Shown: positions 28,170 through 33,638 of the stretch, in pieces | Numbering within the stretch: position 1 is the first letter of the stretch | Layout: the number at the start of each line of letters is the position of its first letter | Source of the DNA: Myxococcales bacterium | Lineage (GTDB): Bacteria > Myxococcota_A > UBA9042 > JABWCM01 > BTVJ01 | Assembly (NCBI GenBank): GCA_045863395.1 | Contig: BTVJ01000081.1 | Span: 1 to 33,638, forward strand | Direction of reading: 5' to 3' | Length of the DNA: 33,638 nt | Notes under the pieces: generated by a model | What the model was told of the DNA's origin: nothing | The model's database searches: none | Seen by the model: only the letters and a program-made list of their open reading frames with translations | Made by a program: the position numbers and the translations under genes

Positions 28170-29462
28170 ATGGCCACGTTCCGCCACGGGGTCCACCCGG
28201 AGGAGCACAAGGAGGCGACGGCGGGGCTCCCCATCGAGCGCATGCGCTTCGTGGGGGAGCACGTCCTTCACCTCGCCCAGCACATCGGGGCCCCGTCGCG
28301 CGCGCTGGTCCGCGCAGGCGACAAGGTCGTCCGCGGCCAGATGATCGGGGCGCCCGGAGGCTTCGTCTCGACGGCGCTCCACGCTCCGGTCACCGGGACC
28401 GTGAAGGCCATCGAGCTGCGCCCGCACCCGTCGGGGCGCCTCCAGGAGGCCATCGTCATCACGACGGACCCCTTCGCGACGCAGACCATCGACGCGCGCC
28501 TGCCGGTCAACGGGTCCCTCGTGAAGCAGGTCCAGGACGCGGGCATCGTGGGCCTGGGGGGCGCGGCGTTTCCAAGCCACGTCAAGCTGAGCGTCCCCGA
28601 GGGCAGGAAGGTCCGTCACGTCATCATCAACGGCTGCGAGTGCGAGCCCTTCCTGACCTGCGACCACCGGATCATGGTGGAGCGGCCCGAGGCGGTCGTG
28701 CGCGGCCTGCGGCTCCTCATGACGCACCTCGGCGCCGAGCGCGGCGTCATCGGGGTCGAGCGCAACAAGCCGGACGCCGTCGAGGCCCTGAGCAGGCTCA
28801 CCGCTGAGATGCCCGACGTGGAGGTCGTGGCGCTCCACGTCAAGTACCCCCAGGGCGCCGAGAAGATGCTCATCGACGCCGTCTTCAAGCGAGAGGTGCC
28901 GAGCGGCAAGCTGCCCCTCGACCTGGAGATGGTCGTCAACAACGTGGGCACCGTCGCCGCCATCGCGAACCTGGTCGACCAGGGGACGCCGCTGGTGGAG
29001 CGCGTCGTGACCGTGACGGGCCCGGGCATCCGGCGGCCGGCCAACGTGCTGGTGCCGCTCGGCACCCCGGTGCAGGCGGTCATCGACCACTGTGGGGGCC
29101 TCCTCCCCGAGACGCGCCAGGTGATCCTCGGCGGCCCCATGATGGGTCAGGCCCAGAAGTCGCTGGACATCCCGGTGACCAAGGGCACCTCGGGCGTCCT
29201 GGCGCTGCTGCGGCCCATGGAGCTGGCCGTAGAGGAGCCGTGCATCAAGTGCGGCCGCTGCCTCGAGGCCTGCCCCATGTTCCTGAACCCGTCGCGCCTC
29301 GGCCTGCTCGCCAGGGCGGAGGACCACGTCGGGCTCAAGCAGTACCACGCCCTCGACTGCGTGGAGTGCGCGAGCTGCTCGTTCGTCTGCCCGTCGTACA
29401 TCCCGCTGGTCCAGCTCATCCGCGTGGGCAAGGCGCTCGTCCGCCAGAAGGAGGCTCGGTGA
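28170..29462 (+). CDS. rnfC: Rnf complex subunit C
   Basis: TFRHGVHP, QHIGAP, HAPVTGTV, AGIVGLGGAAFPSHVKL, INGCECEPFLTCD, KYPQGAEK, GGPMMG, CIKCGRCLEACP, CVECASCSFVCP. Confidence 0.97.
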   Translation: MATFRHGVHPEEHKEATAGLPIERMRFVGEHVLHLAQHIGAPSRALVRAGDKVVRGQMIGAPGGFVSTALHAPVTGTVKAIELRPHPSGRLQEAIVITTDPFATQTIDARLPVNGSLVKQVQDAGIVGLGGAAFPSHVKLSVPEGRKVRHVIINGCECEPFLTCDHRIMVERPEAVVRGLRLLMTHLGAERGVIGVERNKPDAVEALSRLTAEMPDVEVVALHVKYPQGAEKMLIDAVFKREVPSGKLPLDLEMVVNNVGTVAAIANLVDQGTPLVERVVTVTGPGIRRPANVLVPLGTPVQAVIDHCGGLLPETRQVILGGPMMGQAQKSLDIPVTKGTSGVLALLRPMELAVEEPCIKCGRCLEACPMFLNPSRLGLLARAEDHVGLKQYHALDCVECASCSFVCPSYIPLVQLIRVGKALVRQKEAR

Positions 29463-30463
29463 TGGGCTCGCGCCCCGCAGACCTGCAGATCGCCACCGCG
29501 CCCTTCGTGCACCAGGGTCAGAGCACCCGCCGGGTGATGCTCGAGGTGGTCGCGGGGGCCCTGGTCATCGCCGCCGTGGCCACGTGGTACTTCGGCCTGG
29601 CGGCCATCCTGCTCATCGTGACCGCCGTCATCGGCGCGTGCGGCACCGAGTGGCTGCTCCAGCCGGCCCCGCGCAAGGGGCTCGGCAGCCTGCGCGACGG
29701 CAGCGCGCTCCTGACCGGCCTCCTGCTGGCGTTGACGCTCCCCCCGTCCATGCCCCTGTGGATGGCCCTGCTCGGCGGCGTCGTGGGCGTCGGCCTCGGC
29801 AAGGTCATCTGGGGTGGGCTCGGGCAGAACATGTTCAACCCCGCTCTCGTCGGGCGCGCCTTTCTCCAGGCCGCCTTCCCGACGGCGATCACCACCTGGA
29901 CCGCCCCGGGCCAGGAGTTCATGAAGATCTCCTCGAGCACCGTGGCCGCCCCGCTGCTCCACGGGAACGTGGACATCGTGACCAGCGCCACCCCGCTCGG
30001 CATGGCCAAGTTCGAGAAGCACTTCATGGACCTCGGGCCCATGCTCAGCGGCAACACCGCCGGGTCGCTCGGCGAGACGGCGGCCATCGCGCTGATCGTC
30101 GTCGGCCTGGTACTTGGAGTTCGGCGCATCTTCGACTGGCGCCTGCCGGTCTCCACGCTCCTGACGGCGGCCATCTTCGCGGGCATCGTCCACCTGGTCG
30201 CGCCGGAGTCGTACCCCAGCCCGCTCTTTGTCCTGACGTCGGGCGGGCTGCTCTTCGGCGCCGTGTTCATGGTGACCGACCCCGTCACGACCCCGATCAC
30301 GCCGAAGGGGGCCTGGATCTACGGCGTGGGCGTCGGGCTGCTGGTCGTCCTGATCCGCTTCTGGGGTGGCCTGCCGGAGGGGGTCATGTACGCGATCCTG
30401 CTCATGAACGGGGTCACCCCGCTCATCAACCGCGCGACCCAGCCGCGGCGCTTCGGAGGGTGA
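29462..30463 (+). CDS. rnfD: Rnf complex subunit D
   Basis: DGSALLTGLLLALTLPP, GGLGQNMFNPALVGRAFL, FMN-attachment motif TSATPL, GSLGET, FMVTDPVTTP, PEGVMYAILLMN. TGATG coupling to rnfC. Confidence 0.97.
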   Translation: MGSRPADLQIATAPFVHQGQSTRRVMLEVVAGALVIAAVATWYFGLAAILLIVTAVIGACGTEWLLQPAPRKGLGSLRDGSALLTGLLLALTLPPSMPLWMALLGGVVGVGLGKVIWGGLGQNMFNPALVGRAFLQAAFPTAITTWTAPGQEFMKISSSTVAAPLLHGNVDIVTSATPLGMAKFEKHFMDLGPMLSGNTAGSLGETAAIALIVVGLVLGVRRIFDWRLPVSTLLTAAIFAGIVHLVAPESYPSPLFVLTSGGLLFGAVFMVTDPVTTPITPKGAWIYGVGVGLLVVLIRFWGGLPEGVMYAILLMNGVTPLINRATQPRRFGG

Positions 30464-30464
30464 C

Positions 30465-31106
30465 GTGAGCACGAACGAGCCCTCTGCCTCTCGCCTGATC
30501 GCGACCATGGCCATCGCCGGCCTCACGTCGGGCCTGCTGCTGGTCGGCGCCTATCTGGGGACGCTGCCGACCATCCAGCGCAACCAGGCCGAGGCTCTCC
30601 GCGCGGCGGTGTTCCGCGTGGTGCCCGGCTCGGCGACCATCGACGCCTGGATCTGGAAGGGTGACCGCCTGGTGCGCTACGACGGCCCGAAGGACGCGCT
30701 CCCCGAGGGAGAGGCCGTCTATGCCTGCTCGGCAGAGAGCGGCGAGGTGGTCGGCTGGGCCATCCCGGGCGCCGGGCCCGGCTTCCAGGACACCATCGCC
30801 CTGATCTACGGCTACGACCCGGCCCGCAAGGTCATCGTGGGCATGGAGGTCCTGGAGAGCCGCGAGACGCCGGGCCTCGGCGACAAGATCCAGAAGGACG
30901 CCCACTTCGTGGCCAACTTCGACGCCCTGGCCGTGGAGCCGTCCATCGTGGCGGTGAAGCCCAACGAGAAGCACAACCCCAACGAGGTGGACACCATCTC
31001 GGGCGCGACGATCTCGTCCAAGGCGGTCATCCGCATCCTCAACCAGAGCACCGGCGTCTGGGTCGAGCGCCTCGCCGCGCACCCGGCCGCGGAGGTCGCC
31101 CCATGA
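30465..31106 (+). CDS. rnfG: Rnf complex subunit G
   Basis: N-terminal TM helix, GPGFQDTI, ETPGLGDKI, flavinylation motif DTISGATISS. Confidence 0.95.
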   Translation: MSTNEPSASRLIATMAIAGLTSGLLLVGAYLGTLPTIQRNQAEALRAAVFRVVPGSATIDAWIWKGDRLVRYDGPKDALPEGEAVYACSAESGEVVGWAIPGAGPGFQDTIALIYGYDPARKVIVGMEVLESRETPGLGDKIQKDAHFVANFDALAVEPSIVAVKPNEKHNPNEVDTISGATISSKAVIRILNQSTGVWVERLAAHPAAEVAP

Positions 31107-31723
31107 CGGACAGCCGCGCCGTCCAGGAGCTCGTCAAGGGCCTCTGGCGCGAGAACCCCATCTTCGTGGCCGTGCTCGGCCTCTGCCCGGCCATGGCCGT
31201 GACCAACTCGCTGCGCAACGGCCTGGTCATGGGCATCGCGACCCTGTTCGTGCTCGTCGGGTCGAGCCTCCTGGTCTCGCTCCTTCGCAAGGTCATCCCG
31301 AAGCCCGTGCGCATCTCGGTCTACATCATCATCATCGCGACCTTCGTGACCATGGTGGACTTCGCGCTCGCCGCCGCCATGCCCGACGCCCACAAGGAGC
31401 TCGGGGCCTTCATCGCCCTCATCGTGGTCAACTGCGTGATCCTGGGGCGCCAGGAGGCCTTCGCGTCGCGCAACACCGTGGGGCTGGCCGTGATGGACGC
31501 CGTCGGCATGGCCGGCGGCTTCACCATCGCCATGGCGATGATCGGCGGCATCCGCGAGATCCTCGGTAGCGGGAGCCTGCTCGGCATGCCGCTCTTCGGG
31601 GCGGAGTTCGAGCCGTGGGCCATCATGATCCTGCCCCCCGGAGGGTTCTTGACGATGGGCGCGCTGCTGATGACGTTCGCGTGGGTCAAGGAGCGCCGGG
31701 CGCTGGCCGAGCGGAGGGCCTGA
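31103..31723 (+). CDS. rnfE: Rnf complex subunit E
   Basis: GLWRENP, LGLCPAMAVT, LIVVNCVILGR.EAFA, IREILG.G, ILPPGGF. ATGA overlap with rnfG. Confidence 0.96.
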   Translation: MTDSRAVQELVKGLWRENPIFVAVLGLCPAMAVTNSLRNGLVMGIATLFVLVGSSLLVSLLRKVIPKPVRISVYIIIIATFVTMVDFALAAAMPDAHKELGAFIALIVVNCVILGRQEAFASRNTVGLAVMDAVGMAGGFTIAMAMIGGIREILGSGSLLGMPLFGAEFEPWAIMILPPGGFLTMGALLMTFAWVKERRALAERRA

Positions 31724-32301
31724 TGGGAGAGCTGGTCTTCATCTTTGCGTCGGCGAGCTTGATCAACAACTTCACGCTGGCCTACTTCCTCGGCCTGTGC
31801 CCGTTCTTCGGGGTCACGGGGCGCCTGGACACGGCCTTCCGGCTTGGCCTGGCCAACGTCTTCGTGCTGCTGATCACGTCCTTTGCCGCCTGGCTCCTCA
31901 ACACCTTCGTGCTGGTCCACGCCCCCTACCTGCGGCTGATCAGCTTCATCGTCGTCATCGCGAGCACCGTGCAGTTCGTGGAGATGGTCATCAAGAAGGC
32001 GTCACCGGCGCTGTTTCGCGCGCTGGGCATCTTCCTGCCGCTGATCACCACCAACTGCGCTATCCTGGGCCTCGCCCTGTTCCAGACGAGCAAGGGCTAC
32101 GGCCTCGTCGAGGGGCTGGTCTACGCGCTCGGCGCGGGCGTGGGCCTGACCCTGGCGCTGGTCATCATGGCGGGAATCCGCGAGGAGGCCGAGCTGTCCA
32201 CGGTGCCGCAGCTCGTGCGCGGCACGGCCATGAGCTTCTTCATCGCCGGCATCCTGTCCATGGCCTTCATGGGCTTCGCCGGCCTGTTCGCGGAGGCCTG
32301 A
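31723..32301 (+). CDS. rnfA: Rnf complex subunit A
   Basis: LINNFTLAYFLGLCPFFG, VIASTVQFVEM, LGIFLPLITTNCAILG, MAGIRE, AGILSMAFMGF. TGATG coupling to rnfE. Confidence 0.96.
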   Translation: MGELVFIFASASLINNFTLAYFLGLCPFFGVTGRLDTAFRLGLANVFVLLITSFAAWLLNTFVLVHAPYLRLISFIVVIASTVQFVEMVIKKASPALFRALGIFLPLITTNCAILGLALFQTSKGYGLVEGLVYALGAGVGLTLALVIMAGIREEAELSTVPQLVRGTAMSFFIAGILSMAFMGFAGLFAEA

Positions 32302-32302
32302 G

Positions 32303-32464
32303 ATGGAGCACCTGGTCGCGGTCGGGGGCCTGGCGGTCATGGCGGTGATCTGGTTCGTGCTCCAGCGCGCCACCGGCACCACGGAGACGGCGGGGCGAGG
32401 GCGCTGCGGCGGCTGTGGCTGTGGCGAGCGGTGCGAGAAGGAGGAGGGCGCGCCGCCTGCCTGA
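32303..32464 (+). CDS. 53-aa single-TM Cys-rich protein (not in the ORF track)
   Basis: GGAGG at 32292-32296, ATG 1 nt after the rnfA stop. MEHLVAVGGLAVMAVIWFVLQRATGTTETAGRGRCGGCGCGERCEKEEGAPPA*. Confidence 0.75.
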   Translation: MEHLVAVGGLAVMAVIWFVLQRATGTTETAGRGRCGGCGCGERCEKEEGAPPA

Positions 32465-32493
32465 GCACCCCTGCATCCCTCCGAAGTTGAAAG

Positions 32494-32507
32494 AGGGCCG
32501 CACGACG
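32494..32507 (+). repeat. 14-bp direct repeat of the tRNA terminator arm
   Basis: agggccgcacgacg at 32494-32507 and at 33565-33578. Confidence 0.5.
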
Positions 32508-32681
32508 CAGCCTTTGGCACGTCGCGACGATGGTCGCCGTCATGGTCGAGCGGGTTCGGGCCTCGCTGTGCCTCCGCGGACGCCTCGACGCGGACGACGG
32601 AGAGGAGCCGCCGCCCGACGCTCAGCCGGAGACCGGCGGCCTCCTGGATGTGCAGCCCCGTCCCAGCTACCATCGGGGGCC

Positions 32682-33488
32682 ATGGTCGGTTCGCTCCCCC
32701 TGGTGCTCCTTGCTCTCGTGGTGCCGCCCGTCCCGCTCGGGGCGGACCTGAGCGGCGACGGCGTGCCCGATGAGGTGTGGGCGGCGCACGACGGCGGCAG
32801 CGGCTACGCCCGGGACGAGGCCTGCGCCCGCGATGGCGCGTCCGGCGCCGTGACCTGTGCGGTCCTCGCCGACACGGCCTACGTGCCTTTCGCCGGCCTC
32901 CTGCTCACCCGTGATGGCGCCCCCCTCGCGTGGGCCGAGGCCGCCGCCGACCCCCTCGGCGCCGTCGTTCTACCGCTCTCCTGTGCGCCGCCCGACCCGT
33001 CGAGCCCCCGGCAGGGCGCCCTGTGGCGCCTCGCCTCGCCGAACCTGCCTGGCGGCATCATGGACCTGCCGCCCCTGCGCGTCCCCGGGCGCCCCCAGCC
33101 GCAGGAGCGCGTCTGCATGGACGCCGCCGCTGCCGCGCCGCTCGCAGGCGCCTTCGCCTGGGAGCCGTCAGGGACTCTGGACGCCGCCGGCGCCGCCCGG
33201 GAAGGCTGGCTCGTGGCGTGGCTCTTCGCGGGTCCCCCGTCCGTGGAGCTCGAGGCAGGGCCCCTCACCCTCTACCGGAGCCACGCGGCCGTCGCGGCGT
33301 GGCACCGCGAGGCCGACGTCCACGGCTGGCTCTTCAACCTCGCGGACGGCTCGGGCGAGGGCTTCAAGATCGACCGCTGGGCACGGCTCAGCGGGTTCCG
33401 GCAGGACGGGGAGAGGGTGTCCGTGGAGGTCGCCCACACGGGCCTCCCAGAGCGCCTCGTCGTCGATCTGCGCACCTGGAGGCCGTGA
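32682..33488 (+). CDS. Hypothetical secreted protein with DxxGDGxxD-type Ca-binding motif
   Basis: Hydrophobic N-terminus MVGSLPLVLLALVVPP, ADLSGDGVPDEV, four Cys. Start chosen at ATG 32682 within ORF 32415..33488. Confidence 0.6.
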   Translation: MVGSLPLVLLALVVPPVPLGADLSGDGVPDEVWAAHDGGSGYARDEACARDGASGAVTCAVLADTAYVPFAGLLLTRDGAPLAWAEAAADPLGAVVLPLSCAPPDPSSPRQGALWRLASPNLPGGIMDLPPLRVPGRPQPQERVCMDAAAAAPLAGAFAWEPSGTLDAAGAAREGWLVAWLFAGPPSVELEAGPLTLYRSHAAVAAWHREADVHGWLFNLADGSGEGFKIDRWARLSGFRQDGERVSVEVAHTGLPERLVVDLRTWRP

Positions 33489-33557
33489 CCGGCGGTTGCC
33501 GCGCCCGGAGAGCCGCCCCCATGCGCGCGATCCCCCTCCAGCGCGTCCCGATCACGC

Positions 33558-33594
33558 AAAAAGAAGGGCCGCACGACGTGAATCGTGCGGCCCT
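33558..33594 (-). terminator. Intrinsic terminator downstream of tRNA-Pro
   Basis: 12-bp stem agggccgcacga/tcgtgcggccct with a 6-nt loop, followed on the minus strand by TCTTTTT. Confidence 0.85.
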
Positions 33595-33597
33595 CTC

Positions 33598-33638
33598 TGG
33601 TCGGGGCGACAGGATTTGAACCTGCGACTCCACGGTCC
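33598..33638 (-). tRNA. tRNA-Pro, 3' half (truncated by window edge; anticodon not fully visible)
   Basis: Minus strand GGACCGTGGAGTC-GCAGGTTCAAATCCTGT-CGCCCCG-A-CCA: T-loop GTTCAAATC, G72/A73 typical of bacterial tRNA-Pro, encoded CCA. Confidence 0.88.

Noticed and set aside
27834..31722. Extended starts of rnfC (27834), rnfD (29240) and rnfA (31615) in the ORF track
   Set aside because: They overlap upstream genes. Family N-termini and coupled starts fit 28170, 29462 and 31723.
32530..32751. 73-aa ORF downstream of the rnf operon
   Set aside because: No convincing RBS or motif, and it overlaps the better-supported gene starting at 32682.
16143..33638. kor-rnf cluster as an integrative island at tRNA-Pro
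   Set aside because: No integrase or transposase, and I found no second copy of the tRNA 3' end in the window.

Overview
High-GC bacterial chromosomal window, probably Myxococcota/deltaproteobacterial (inferred from a MYXO-CTERM-like tail, a large IPT/TIG lipoprotein and a Pph1-like PP2C phosphatase). The left half (1-15.5 kb) holds hisS, hemF, a DUF2914-like membrane protein, an outer-membrane barrel, a 1392-aa IPT/beta-propeller lipoprotein, an HTH protein, an orphan OppA, a pentapeptide-repeat protein and a PP2C phosphatase with an upstream lipoprotein. The right half (16.1-32.5 kb) is one tightly packed operon behind two pairs of FNR-like boxes: intact korA-korB, a degenerate PFOR-like protein with a C-terminal ferredoxin, rnfB, a second degenerate PFOR-like protein, rnfC-D-G-E-A, and an unannotated 53-aa TM/Cys-rich gene. 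The best candidate for an undescribed system is this operon. Both large PFOR paralogues have lost the TPP-binding and catalytic motifs but keep [4Fe-4S] motifs, suggesting pseudo-enzyme adaptors that wire a 2-oxoacid oxidoreductase to Rnf. The window ends with a secreted hypothetical protein, a terminator and the 3' half of tRNA-Pro. All family calls come from motif recognition by eye; no searches were run.
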